NCBI RefSeq assembly: GCF_016433145.1
Contig: NC_058130.1
Span: 53,508,793-53,572,792 of the forward strand
Length of the DNA stretch: 64,000 bases
Reading direction: 5' to 3'
From: Gracilinanus agilis
Taxonomy: Eukaryota
A program made the position numbers and the translations under genes. This document shows positions 25,588-47,754 of the stretch, one piece after another. Below the pieces are notes generated by a model. The model did no database searches, had not been told where the DNA came from, and saw only the letters and a program-made list of their open reading frames with translations. Position 1 is the first letter of the stretch. Each line of letters starts with the position of its first letter.

Positions 25588-25593
25588 AATAAA
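25588..25593 (+). terminator. OGG1: Probable OGG1 poly(A) signal AATAAA
   Basis: First AATAAA after the OGG1 stop, followed by a GT-rich tract. Confidence 0.65.
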
Positions 25594-26107
25594 ATAGAAA
25601 TATTTGTTTGGAAAATGTGTGGATGTCTTGGCCAGAATCAGGGGGAGAAAAGGGAGCACTGAGAGAGAGGAAGAAGGCCAAGTGACCTGCACCTCACACG
25701 TCTCTTCTCAGGGCCCTGGTTCCTGGTATTACTTCCTTGCTTTGACTCCCCGTCCTTCCCAGAGGCCTTACACGGGTCCCCTGGCCAGTGTGACCAGGGC
25801 GAGGGACTACAAAGAGGTTCGGGAAAAGGATCCAATTCCAGGCCAGACAGGGTGTGAAAGAAGAAGCCTGTTCTTCCCTCAGAAGGAGGCCTGGACTGAA
25901 ATGGGCTCAGGAAGAGCCCTCTGAAGGAAGGAGGGGAAGGGGAAGGGAGAGGCGAGCAGTGTTCCATCTCTTCCCAATCAATCGGCAGCTCCAACTCCTC
26001 CTGTCCAGCAGCAGCCTCCCCACCTAGGGGCTTCCTGGCAGACTCCACCCTAGCCCCTTCCCCAGGGGTCCTGAGGATCGAGCCCAGCAGCTGGAGTGTG
26101 GGCGGCT

Positions 26108-35757
<9,650 letters not shown>

Positions 35758-38599
35758 TGCCCAATGACCACTGGCTGCAGCCAGAGCTCCTGGGAGTGGG
35801 AAAGCCAGGGCTCAGTGATTCCTGTTTTCTCTTTCCTAGTTCTAGATCAGCCTCCTTCCCACTCATTCCACCTCATCATCCCTTGAATAATAGGGACTGA
35901 TTTCTCCCTCTAAAAAAACAGGGGCCCAAATTAGAGCTCCTAATATAACACCCCCCCCACTCCTTCCATTAATTCATAATGGTGAGAACACAGTGAAGAG
36001 GCCTGACTGATGACTAGCCAAGTTCCCCAGGGGTGAGAGGGTCCATGATCGCAACACTGATCCCCAGAAGGGGTATGTCCAGGATGTCCCCTCCTCCTCT
36101 TCCTCCTCTCTAAGAAAACAGGTTCCCTGGTCCCTTTGCCTTCGGCAATATCTCAGCCACATTTTTAAATAGCTCCATTTGTACTGTTGCTATGACAACC
36201 AGAGCCACATCTGGAACAGCTGGTACTCCCTCATCCTCCCACTTCCACCTATCATTCCCCTGTCCCAGCCAGCCCACAGCAGATGCCCGGACCCCTGGGT
36301 CTTGTCCCCAGCCCTTGGCCTTGAAGAGCCCCTACCCCTGCTTTATCTTCACTAGCACTCCATCTAGCTCAGCATGGCAGGACACAGGGTTCGAGGGTCC
36401 TGTCAGCTGGCCCTCATCCAGGTCACACAGGGCAGGGCTAGGGTCTTGCACTAAAAACTAAAGAACCACCCCTCCCTATTCCAGTAAGGGGCAAATGATG
36501 TCTAGTTCCACCAGGTTCCTATTTCAAAGTCAGCCTGAGCTCCCACTAATGTACCTCCTGAATAGAAGCATCTTTCTAAAAAAAGATCTAGGGAGACTGG
36601 GAAATGAGCAGTAATTTCAGTTCTCTAGGTGGGGAAACTGAGACTCTGAGTTATATACGAGTCAAGGAAACTCCTTGTTTCCCCAGAAGGTTCAATAACC
36701 AATCTCAGTTCTGCCCCCTGGGCCAGAAAAGGGCTGACCTGAGGGGGAAAAAATAGGCAGAAAAGGGAAAAAAAGGCAGAAGGGTGATACCCCTTGACAA
36801 TCTGAGTTATAGGGAAGTAGCGATATACTGGAAAGAGCTGTGGGCATGGGATTTCTCACTTGTTAAATGAAGGGATGGGACTAAATAATCTCAAGGGTCC
36901 CTTCTCTCTTTTCCATTCTCTCAGTCTATAGAAATCAGGAGATGGTCTTCTAGGAGGGATTCCGCTCTATTTCGCTGTGTGTTTTGGGGTACAAGACTTT
37001 CCCTCACTAAACCCCTGTTTTAAGAAAAGGAAGTTGGATTGTATGATCTTTAAAGATCTTTAAAGAACAGAATTTCACACACCTCTCTGAATAAACCTTT
37101 TGATTCTACAGGGGCCCCCTGTAGACACCCAGAGATCCAGATGTCTTTTCCCAAGGGAAAAGGGGTCAGAGAGAGTAGGACAATAAAAAAAAAAAAACAA
37201 GTGTAAATCGTGGAGCTTCTCTGCCTCTGGTCCTATCCTTAGCCCCTCTAGCCACAGAAAGCATCAGGCAGGGCCCATGGAGCAGACCTGGCCAGAACTG
37301 AGGTTTGGGTAGCAAACCCAAACTGTGCTCTCCACTGCCCAGGGAAGCCCAGATGTTCAAGTATCAGGAACCACAAGGCAGGAACAAAAGGTGAGTCCTT
37401 CCTGGTGGAGGAAGCCTCCCTCACGATCTCCTCCTGCTACCCCTCTGTCTGACCAACTTTTCAACAGCCTCCCCAAAGCCCAGGGAGAGTCCAGTCCTAG
37501 TGGAAGCTCTGGAAATGAGGAGGTCATGGCCCATCCTTTCCTTTGTCATGTCCCCAGAAAGGGAAGCCAGAAAAAGGATGGGTGTGTGAAATTTCGCAAA
37601 GATCAGTGATAGCCAAATTACTGAGCTGCGTGAAAACTCCTAGGACACAGAGATGGCCCTCCACCAGGACACTGGCCACTAGCCTGGCCACATACCCTAA
37701 TACCCCGACACCTGCACACTCAGATGTGTCCCCAAATCTAGACAGACCCCGACACCCAGCAGCGCTGGCCCCACTCCGAGCAGGATGTGCCCCCTTGTAC
37801 TCCAATCCCCATTGTCTCCCTCTTGGACACACCCTACCATTCTTCTATAGGAGGTGAGGGGGCTGGACCAGATGATAGCTCCGCTGGCCCATCTGGGCAT
37901 CATCCCTGATCCTCCCGAACCTCTACCTTTCCTTGCAAACACAGCCTGACACCCATGGAATCAGCCATCCCTTAAGTCTTGCAGCGCACAATGCAAACGC
38001 AGAACAACCTATGTTCATGCAAGATGCTGACTCGGGTCTCGGGAAGGAGAGTAGCTGCCCCAGGCCCAGAGAACAGCGTGCCTCTCCACGGGAGAAGCAA
38101 GCACCTCGCCTGGCCCTGCCAGAGAGCAGATTGGCCCTGTGGGTTTGCAGCCCGGGCAGAAGGAGGTCTGACACACTTATCGCGCCCTCCCCCCCTTCTC
38201 ATTTGCTAAACATATCCCACCCACCCCTTCATCAGGAATTCCCTGATTCCCCGGGGTCTCCTGGGAAAGGCTGAGGAACTATATGTCAGAGCTCCCACCC
38301 TCAGCCCAGAGACACGCCCTACCTCCCCCAACCTCTCCGGAGACTCAGCCCGGGACCTTTGTTTGGGAGGGAAGGCCAGGGGCAGGGCCGTTAGCTGCCC
38401 GGGGGCAAAGTCCCCCACCGGTGGCCCCAGCAGAACAGGTGTATATGCTTGGGGGCCCCTGAAGGAGAGGCGGAAGAAGGGGAGCTGGGGGGAGGGTCGG
38501 AGCCCCTGCAAGGAACCTCCCTCCCCCCCCCCCACCTCATCCCTCAGTGTGGGGCTGAGAGCCTTTCTGCGGTTTAACCCAGGGATGGAGCTGAAGTTG

Positions 38600-39250
38600 G
38601 GGGACGCGAGGAGAGATGAGGGTCAAGATTGCTCCCGGGAGCCCCGGGGGAGGGGCCAGGTGAGGCCAGAGGGCAGGCTCCGGCAGAGCTTGCCCAGGGC
38701 TGGGGGTGCCCAGACAGGTTTCCTCCCGCGTACCTGAGGCTGCCCCGAGGTGGGTGGGGTGGGGTGGCTCTTTGGGTCGCTCGGGCCCCCACCCCCACCG
38801 CCTCCCGAGGCCGCCGCTGGCCCTGGCCCCGATGTCTGCCTCGCAGTGCTCCCGCGCGTCCGCCTGCGCGCTCGCTCCGAGCTCCTCTCGGCCGCCGCCG
38901 CCTCCTTCTCCTCCTCCACGCTCGGGTCCCCTGTGCCCACAATCGTCGGCGGTAGCGGCTTCTCCTCCGCCTCCCTAACCAGCCGGACGCTCCGCGGGTT
39001 TGCTCTGATGTCAACCGGGCGGAGGAGGAGTTTGTGCGGCCGCGGGAGGGGAGAGGAGGGGAGGGAGGGGAGAGGAGGGGAGCTGGGCGGGGGCGGGGCG
39101 CCGAGGAGCCCCTGCAGAGCCGGGAGAGGGGAGCCAGGAGCCGGCACAGCACAGGAGGGATGCGCAGCGAGGGCCGAGGAAAGCCGAGTAGAGGAGCCGC
39201 TGCCTCTCCAAACCGCGCAATGGGCCGCTCTGAGGCTCAGAAAAGAGGGA
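38600..39250 (-). promoter_or_regulatory. CAMK1: CAMK1 CpG-island promoter and non-coding exon 1 (candidate donor after 38734)
   Basis: CpG-dense; CAG|GTACGC on the - strand; CRE-like TGATGTCA at 39006-39013; GC boxes. Confidence 0.6.
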
Positions 39251-39817
39251 AGAGACTTGGCCAAGGTCGCACAGGTGGTAAGTGGCAGAGCGCCCCTTCA
39301 AACTCGAATTCTCTGGCTCCAAGTTCGCCGAGCATATGCCGCCGGCTCTTGCCAGTTATCTTTCCCTACTTATCGGGGTTGCCACGTGATGGCGAGGGTT
39401 TGGATGCCAAGAGCTTCATGGACTAGAGCCAAGCTGGGCAGGGGAAGGTGGAGGCACCGAGTCTCAGGCTTTCCACGGAAAGGACTGAAATGAGATAAAC
39501 CTTGAGTCCCAAAGACGCCAGTTCAAGTCCTGCCTCGGACGCCTACCAGTTGTGTGACAGGTAGCCTCGGCTTGCCTACTTGGCTTCCCACCGGCCAGCC
39601 AATCCGCGGAGACTCTAAGTTCCGCTCTTCCTCACCAAGTGTTGACTCACCACCTAGACTGTGAGATCGATCCCTCCAGGGACCGCCCTAGTCTCGAACT
39701 TCTTCGGGGCTTCCACAGTGTCACGTGCAGGGCAGGCCACCGTAATAGATACATATTTATTGGTACGGAGGATCACAGCTTTCGAATTGGAAGGGGGCAT
39801 AGATCGAATTTGGTTCA

Positions 39818-40032
39818 GCTGCTTTTTCAGTCGTGTCCGACTCTGTGACCTCATTTGAGGTTTTCTTGGCAGAGATACTGGAGTCGTTTGCCATTTCCTT
39901 CTCCGGCTCATTTTACAGATGAGAAAACTGAGGCAAACAGTTTGCCCAGGATCTCACAGTTAGGGGGTGTCTGAGGTCAGATTTGAACTCAATTAAGGGA
40001 TGTCTTCCTGACTCCAAGCTTGGCACTTTATT
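39818..40032 (-). mobile_element. MAR1-type marsupial CORE-SINE
   Basis: ttcagtcgtgtccgactctgtgacc...ggcagagatactggagt...tttgccatttccttctcc (RTE-derived tail) plus the CORE domain. Confidence 0.75.
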
Positions 40033-40099
40033 CGATTATAAACGTATCTGTCCCTAACCTCCAGTGGGATAGCTCTGCCTTCCCATTAGAATCTCCAAC

Positions 40100-40945
40100 T
40101 AAATCGCCTATAGACTTCCTAAATTCAATATATCCAAAATTGAATATAGTTTTCCCCCAAATCCTCCCATCTTTCAGTCCCCCAGGTTAGGTAGCCTTGG
40201 AGTCATCCTCAGTTTCTCACTCTTACTCAACCTAGTTAGCTAATCTGTTGCCAAGTCTTGCTTTTACCTTCCCAACATTTCTCCTACACGATCTCTTTCT
40301 CTTTTCTAACACAGCCACCAGCTGGTTCAGACCCTCATCACCTCACTTCCTGGATTATTACAAAAGCCTTCTGGTTGGTCTCCCTGCCTCCTCTCTCTGA
40401 CTCCAGCCCATCCTCCAAACCTCTAGATTTCTAAAACTCGGATCTGCCCAAGTCTGTTAAAAATAAATTCCAGTGGCTCCCTATTACCTCCAGGATCAAA
40501 CATGGAATCCTCTGGCTTATTTTAAGGTCCTTCCATCCTTTCCAAGTCCTTTTACACCTTCCTCCCTTCCCCACCCTTTTAAGTGGCACTAGCTTCTACA
40601 CACTGGCTATAACCTCCAGCTCCCAATGGGCTCCTCTTCTTCACTAGCTCTCTTCCACCTCTGGAATGCTCTCCATCCTCTTCTCTGCTCCCTGGCTTTC
40701 TTCAGATCTCCAGTAAAATGGCCTCTTTTTGCTGAAGGTCTCTCCTGGTTCCCACTCAATGCTAGTGTCTTCCTCCTGGCTCTTCTACCTCTCAGTCACC
40801 CTGCATGTATTCTGAGTATGCCTAGTTGTAGGTTGTTTCCTCACTAGAATGTGAGCTCCTCGAGGATAGGGGCTATTGTTGCTTTTGTCTCCCCAGTGCT
40901 TGGCATAGTGCCTGGTACAAAGTTGGTACTTCATAAATGTTAGAT
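40100..40945 (+). mobile_element. L2 LINE 3' fragment
   Basis: ccagtggctccctattacctccaggatcaaa and terminal agaatgtgagctcctcgagg...gtgcctggtaca...ataaatg; approximate ends. Confidence 0.65.
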
Positions 40946-43007
40946 TTGGATTATTGATTAACCAAGTGAATGCAGAAAAAGGAAGGGGGAGTTTATTGTT
41001 TTTATTTTTTTATTATTACTATTTATCAGTTTATTGTTTATCAGTGCAGGAGTTTATTGGAGGACAGAGAAGGGGAGGGGAGCTATTTAGGAGAGCCATT
41101 CTCTGGCTTATGCCAGCCTCAGGCTACCATTCATTATCTGTGCAGTTATTTCATGGACTAAAGAAGGTTGAGCTGTCCAGAAAGATCATGGCAGGTATCG
41201 AGAGGTTGGGATAAGGAAGAGAGCGATGGAATCTTCCTATTTTCCCCATTCCCTCCCCTAGTTGCTAAGTAGCCTTCAGATCTGGCCCCCAGGAGGGTCT
41301 GAAGCAGGGGGTGGGTAGAGGTAGTTCAGGAAGGAGCTACAGGAGAGACAGGAGAGGACAAAGGGGACGAGGACTGGGTGTTTGATGGAATCAGGTGAAA
41401 GAACAGCAGGTTGCCATGTGATAGGTGTCTAAGCCAAGGGTTTCGTGGATTGTGGCCAGGTTGGGCAGGTGTGGGTGAAGGGCACCAAACCTCCAGCTTA
41501 TTTGATTCCTCTCTGCCAAAGAACAGAGTACTTCCTGGGATTATGGGAGAAAGAGGCCAGAAGCCAGAGGAATTAAGACTGAAGCAAGGACATCAAAATG
41601 AGTTCCTTAGGAAGAAAACATCGAGGAAAGGGGGTGCTGGGGAAGGGAGGAGATTGCTTGGAAGGATCAAGAGATTCAGCCTTCAGAAAAATGAAGTTTT
41701 CTTCCTTTTGGGGACCCCCCCCCATATCTGAATACCTGCTCTTCTGAATTCCTCTTCCTCTTTGCCCAGAGCTGAGTGCTAGGAAAGCATAAAGACTCTA
41801 TAGACATTTATGGAGAACCTACTTTGGGCAATGCAGCCCACTGTAGGGAGTGGGTGTTGAGTAAGGATGCTGGATCCTGGGAATGTGGCACCCTCCAGTG
41901 GCCAGGGTCTCACCCCACAACCTATGAAGACACAGGGTCCATTCCAGCCTCAATTTTTCAGGAATGGATTCCCTTCCCCTGGGAAAGCCATAAGAACTGG
42001 GCAATCCTTCCATTGGCTTGAGACGAGGACACTATAGGTGGGTTCAGGAGGACTGGAAATCTCCCGTCCAGGAGAATGGCCCTTTGGAATGCCTTAATTC
42101 CCCCCTGGAGCTTTTCTAGAGTACAAGACCCAGACAGTGAAGAGGTCAGACAAGGGACTCTAGTGAGACAGAGACAGCTAAGACTCTCAGGGAAAATAAA
42201 AACAATAGCTTACATGTCTATTGTGGTTTATGATTTACAAAGAATTTTCTTCATGCCAGCCCTGTGAGTATGTATATAAGAATTTTATGATGAAACAAAT
42301 AAGTTAAGAGATTTACAGAACTACAGGCTTTTGACCAAGAAGAGACCTTACAGACCTAGTTTCAACTCGTTTCACTGATGAGGACTCTGAGCTCCAGAAA
42401 AGGGAAATGACTTGTCCAAGGTCACAAAGAAAGTGATGTAGCAGAGCTTAAATTAAAATCTAACTCCTTTTTAACTTCAATTCACACAGCTAGTAGGGTT
42501 TGACCTCTGATCTTCTGATCTTGTTTGGGTTCCAAGCTTAGTTTTTCCACTACCACAAGGAAAGACCCCATCCCCTGTGCCTGAAATCTCCCTGCTCTCC
42601 CCTACCTCTTGGAATCCCAAGCTTCCTTCAAGATGCCTGCTGTGATTCTCATTTGGATTTTCTCTCCAACAAACTATTTTTTTACTTTGTACTTATATGA
42701 CTGATATTTTTTAAATCACGAGCGTTTAAACTCTTTGAGGGCAGGGACTGCTTTGCTTTGTATTTCTAGCACTTGACACATGCTTTGTAAATGCTCAATA
42801 AGGGAACAAGCTATCAAGCCCATAGTTCACCCACCCCACCTTACAGGGGGCCCAACAGCTATTGCCCCTTCTAACTTCCTTGGCTGTCAGGGAGTTGAGT
42901 GTCAGTCTGAGACAAAGTGCTTTCCAGGGATGTTGATATCACAGAAATTGCCCACCATTTAACCTTATTCTTTTAATGATTTCACAATTTATATTACTTT
43001 CCTGCTA

Positions 43008-43165
43008 GTTTTTTTTAAAGCCCTCACTTTCTGTCCTAGTAACAACTCTTAAGACTGAGGGGCAAGGGCTAGGCAATGGGGGTTAAGTGACTTGTCCAGG
43101 GTCACACAGTTACCGAGTGTCACATTTGAACCCAGGATATCTTCTGTCTCTAGGCCTGTCTCCTG
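43008..43165 (-). mobile_element. Marsupial SINE fragment
   Basis: gggctaggcaatgggggttaagtgacttgtccagggtcacacag block shared with other copies. Confidence 0.7.
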
Positions 43166-43949
43166 GCTCTGCTAGTTTGTTTTAGTTGTAAAACTCCAAA
43201 AGTTTATTTTGAGCATAAAAGCTATATTCTCCATAAGGATTCTGAAGGATTTATCATGTATGAAGGAATGACAGTTCCAGAAATTTCCCTGGGAACCTTA
43301 AGCTATGCTACTTTGATAAGACATCTCAAGGTCCTCTTAATATCCAAAACTTGTCCAGATTTCTTTTATCTTGGCTGAAAGATCAGAGCCACCAAATCCC
43401 ACAATGTCTAAAGATGACATTTGCATAATGAGAATTAGGAGGGAGGGGTGCTAATTTACAGGGTAAAAGGACTCAGGCCTTGCTTTCAACCTGTTTCCAT
43501 CCCCCACAATCACTGAAATGCAGTTCTTACTAGTTCATTGGGTCTTACTAGACATGGAAACAAACTAAAAACATCCCCCACAGAAACACATAGTTTAACT
43601 ACTATTCCCAGCTCTTGAATTTCCCCAAGATAGTTTACTCTGGATAGAATTATGACTTTTTATAGTGTTGGATGAAATTAAGCATAAATTCCCACCAATG
43701 CCTTTTGCCTTATTTTATCTGGTCTAATATTGTAAAAGGAAATTTGTCCACCTTTGATGTTTTCTGGTTTCTTCGCTGGCATCAAATACACCCGGGTCTT
43801 CCCTCTCCTTAACAAGGACAAACCCCCTTACTTGAGCCTACTTCAGGGTAGCATCTTCTGCCTCGCCTCTCTTTGATAGTCATGGGATAAAGACTAGTGA
43901 TTTCTCTGTCCTCCTGGCAGCTCCTCAGGGGCCTTTACAGGATCAGCAT

Positions 43950-44188
43950 CTGCTGCCCCTTCGGCTCTCTGCGTGGACTGGACCACTTTCCTGCGCTCCA
44001 GTATCCCATCCAGTCGGGGGCAGGTTGGTAGTCCTCCTTCCAGTGTGTTCTCACAGGATTCCCACTCTAGTTTCTGCTGTTATCACCCTGTCTGGAGCAT
44101 CGCACGAGCCTCCTCATTGGTCTTCCTGGTTCATCCCTCCAGCTTCCCGAAGCTGCCAAACTGCTATTCCTAAACCCCAGGTCCGCTT
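43950..44188 (+). mobile_element. L2 fragment, left half of the element interrupted by the ERV
   Basis: cctcattggtcttcctgg...ttcctaaaccccaggtcc continues as tcatcctgtcactcctcggctca...gagtggctcc at 50244+, a typical L2 3' run. Confidence 0.55.
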
Positions 44189-44355
44189 TGTAAGGATTAA
44201 AATTTTGGTATTATAGGTATATATTAAAATATGTTGTCACGTGTGGGTAACTCGTCTCCCCTCCCCACTAAGGGAGGTTAGGATTACATCATTAGCACGC
44301 CTGGGTTGAGTAGATTTTTGACTATTAATGGGCTGGAACTAATTCTATTTACACA
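44189..44355 (-). repeat. ERV 3' LTR, internally deleted (167 bp)
   Basis: 44234-44355 matches 50122-50243 at 116/122 by hand count; 44189-44233 matches 49628-49674 more loosely. Confidence 0.9.
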
Positions 44356-44366
44356 ATCCCCCCTGA
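44356..44366 (-). other. Polypurine tract of the ERV
   Basis: TCAGGGGGGAT immediately upstream of the 3' LTR on the - strand. Confidence 0.8.
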
Positions 44367-45893
44367 TGATCATATTGGGTGCCTAGTCACCCCAAGTGAT
44401 CATGTTACACAACCATCTTCTACCACAAAGGTCCTTCTAACTACAATAGTTAGAGATAAGAGGGAAATGGAAAAGAGAGAAAGCAAAACCAATGTTTTGC
44501 TAAGCGTGTTGACAAGAAACCAATTGGGGGCAGTCCCCAATCGGCATATCATGTACAATTAAAGTAGCTGTTCAAACCCATCAGTCCATTCATTAGTACC
44601 CAAAGTTCGTTCTGGATCACTTGATGCAACAAAACCCCATCAGTTCAATCAATTGCAACCCAAAGTTCATTCTGGATCTCTTGATTAAACGTAGGTTCTT
44701 CAGGCATCTCTCTGCAAGCAGTTCATTCTCTGGATTAAGGAATCAGCAGGTTTCTTTCCCTGAGAATTTTCTCAAACAAAACCAAAAATTAAATCTTGGA
44801 TATAATAAAAATACGATTAATCTTGGATTTTATAAAAATACAATCCCCCCTGACGTGGGTATTTAGAAAGAAATACCCAGATCAGCTCAATATATACAGT
44901 TGAGTCATGGGGTTGTATGAGTCAATTCAAAAGGAAAAAAGAAAGAAAAAATATAAAATCAATAGAAGAAAATTGAAGCTTTTGAAAAAAAAAGGCATTA
45001 AAATCAAAATCAAATATCAAAAGTTATGTACATAAAAATTTTTGAAGAAAACAAAATAAAATTATAACAGGCCCTTGTATTAGGGTCTAATCAATTATAA
45101 TTTCCATCCTACTAGTCTGTAGGATACAATGCAGTAATACTGCACTTACCCATTTGCAGCTAAGACTACAGGAAGTTGCCATTCTATAAGAGAGAAAAAA
45201 GGACCAGATTTAAATGCAAGGAAAGCGTCTGTCATTCCCTTTACTCTCAGGAATATATGGTTGAGCCAGATAATAGCCAACCTGCGGTACCTGACTGGCA
45301 GTGTAGTTCAGAGAGTCCTACATCTTAACATATGTTAAGCGTCGCAGCTTCGATTCTTACACTGAGTTCAAGTCCTCAGTGTTGGCGTGGGAGTACCTCA
45401 ATCCCACCTGTATATGTATGATCTTTAACCTTGTGCTCCTTGGCACTGTGCAGATGTTCTCAGAAATCCCATTGGATTTGTCGGTTGGTCTTCATGACCT
45501 TGTGCTTTCCTTAGCACCATTAATGGCTCATGTGTTCCCTTCTCCTGGAATTAGATAGAAGCATTAATCACAGTCCCATAACATTTAACAATGTATGGCA
45601 AGTTCTTGGAGTCTAAACCTTGTGAGTAAGCAGTAATATTACAGCAATTATATATATATTAAAATTATAGCATTGCAAAAAACAATGAAAAAATTAAGTG
45701 ATTATATGTACTCAAGTACAAGAAATGAGAAAAAAGACAAAAAAAAATATCAATTATTCTATTAAAAGATATTAGGAAATCAATAAGAAATTTAAAAATA
45801 AAATCAGGGAAAGAATCAAGACAAACCAATGATTCCAAATTAACATCCATGAGTCCATGAACTGTTATCTCCAATGCAGGTAACAGGAAACAG

Positions 45894-47510
45894 TCAATCA
45901 GGTTCAATAGAAGATGCCCTCTTTACATGTGAGCAATGAATCCAAGAGTCCTTTTCTCCGATCTTTATAGCTGTTGGGGTGGTTATTAAAATTTCAAACG
46001 GGCCATCCCACGAAGGCTGGGTTGCCCCAGTGCGCTGGAAGTTCTTTATATACACTTTGTCTCCTGGATTCAGGTCGTGAAGTGAAAAGTCTATTGGTCC
46101 TGCTTGTACTGCAGTTCCAGATTCATGGAGTTCACGCAGTCTGTGTTGCAATTCCTGTATATAGGAAGCAATAGAAGTATCTCCTCCTAATAGTGATGTA
46201 TATGCAGGAGAAAAAGGTTTAGCTTGTATAGGAGGATGTCCAAAAAGCATCTCATATGGTGAGATGTGTAGATCTCCCCTAGGTCTGCTTCTAAGATAAA
46301 ATAGAGCTAGAGGGAGAATTTCAGGCCATTTTAGATGTGTCTCAGTATATAATTTGCCAATCATGGTTTTAAGTTCTCTGTTCATCCGTTCAACTTGGCC
46401 TGAGCTCTGGGGGTGATATGGTACATGGAATTTTGGAGTTATCCCCAGGCATGAATATATTTCAGATAAAACTGAATCAGTAAAGTGACTCCCTCTGTCG
46501 GAGTCAATACGTGCAGGCAGACCAAAACGAGGAATAATTTCTTTTAAAAGCACCTTGGCAACAAAGGCTGACGTGGCTGGGGCAGTAGGAAATGCTTCCG
46601 GCCACCTGGTCAGTTGATCCACTATGACCAGACAGAATTTATATTGTCCAGCCTTTGGCATTGTTATGAAATCAATTTGTAGGTGCTCAAAAGGTGTGTA
46701 AGCCAATGGACACCCACCAAAAGCCTTGCCACGAAAGGCGTGTTGGTTATATGCTTGGCAAGTAAGGCAAGCTGCACACACTTTAGAGGCTATAGAGGTT
46801 ATGCCAGGAGCTATCCATACTCTCTTAACAGAGTCCACGATGCCCTGGGTACCAAAATGACCATTTTTATGAATAGATTGGCAAATTTGGCGATAAAAGT
46901 GTCTAGGGAGCAGGGGTTTTCCTTCAGAGGACACCCATACTCCATTTATCTGTTTGGCTTTAAATTTCTGTTTCCATTTTGTTACTTCCTTCTCATCATA
47001 GGAAAGTGATAAATTTAAGTCATCAGTGGTTGTTAATGTTAAAATTAATTCAGGCCCTTCTATTGCTGCTACCTTTGCAGCAATATCTGCCCAATTATTT
47101 CCCTTAGAGACAGGGTCAGTGCCACCTGTATGGGCAGAGCAATGAACTACAGCTAGGGCTTTGGGTAGTTGGAGAGCAGAAAGAACTTCATTAATAATTT
47201 TTGCATTAGCTATAGATTTTCCAGCTGAGCATTTGCTATTCCTGGAATTATTATTATTATTATTATTCCTGTTGTTATTTATATAGTTGGCTTTTGACTG
47301 GGTATTATTTCCGATTACTCTTAAGAAATTCTTACAGTTCATTATTATATGGCCCTTCTTCATAAAGAATTGGCAGATAACGGATTGATAGTTAGATTCT
47401 TGGAGAGGGGCTATTGTCTCTCCTTTATTTTTCATTTTTTCCTTTAGCATTTTAATTTCTGCTTTTAAAGCATCCAACTGAGTCAATGTCTTCCTCATGT
47501 CTTTGTGCAT
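45894..47510 (-). CDS. ERV Gag C-terminus/NC fused in frame to the RNase H end and a complete integrase (538 aa, uninterrupted)
   Basis: Zn-knuckle remnant [14 protein letters not shown]; RNase H AVVHCSAH...GNNWAD; integrase HHCC (HKNGH...CAAC/CLTC), QIDF, IDSDRG, GQVERMN and WDGPF. Confidence 0.88.
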   Translation of the reverse strand: MHKDMRKTLTQLDALKAEIKMLKEKMKNKGETIAPLQESNYQSVICQFFMKKGHIIMNCKNFLRVIGNNTQSKANYINNNRNNNNNNNSRNSKCSAGKSIANAKIINEVLSALQLPKALAVVHCSAHTGGTDPVSKGNNWADIAAKVAAIEGPELILTLTTTDDLNLSLSYDEKEVTKWKQKFKAKQINGVWVSSEGKPLLPRHFYRQICQSIHKNGHFGTQGIVDSVKRVWIAPGITSIASKVCAACLTCQAYNQHAFRGKAFGGCPLAYTPFEHLQIDFITMPKAGQYKFCLVIVDQLTRWPEAFPTAPATSAFVAKVLLKEIIPRFGLPARIDSDRGSHFTDSVLSEIYSCLGITPKFHVPYHPQSSGQVERMNRELKTMIGKLYTETHLKWPEILPLALFYLRSRPRGDLHISPYEMLFGHPPIQAKPFSPAYTSLLGGDTSIASYIQELQHRLRELHESGTAVQAGPIDFSLHDLNPGDKVYIKNFQRTGATQPSWDGPFEILITTPTAIKIGEKDSWIHCSHVKRASSIEPD

Positions 47511-47754
47511 GGCCCTTAAAAATAGAAGATGCTACTTTCCTCAATTCCTCAAGACTCATAGATTCTCCAGTTGGGGCAGTTAATTTTAAAACAGTCTTTG
47601 ACTACTTTGCAGGAATTCTCAATGAATTGCCTACTTATATGTCTAATATGCTGTTCCATGGTTAAATCAAGGTCCGGATTATATTTCTCCCACTTCAATC
47701 AGCCTGTCCATAAAATGGGAGGGAGTTTCATTGGTATGTTGTTTTGAATTTTGC
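47511..47754 (-). pseudogene. Disrupted Gag capsid C-terminal domain including the MHR
   Basis: TAG at 47755-47757, then frameshifted ETPSHFMDRLIEVGE (47700-47729) and further frameshifts. Confidence 0.7.

Noticed and set aside
38574-39493. Long overlapping ORFs at the CAMK1 promoter
   Set aside because: CpG-island artefacts; no ATG seen in the candidate exon 1
45665-45907. 80-aa hydrophobic ORF at the env position
   Set aside because: TTG start, T-rich sequence yields Phe/Leu/Ile by default; no furin site, CX6CC or immunosuppressive motif
46683-47009. 108-aa plus-strand ORF
   Set aside because: Antisense to integrase, non-ATG start, no recognisable motif
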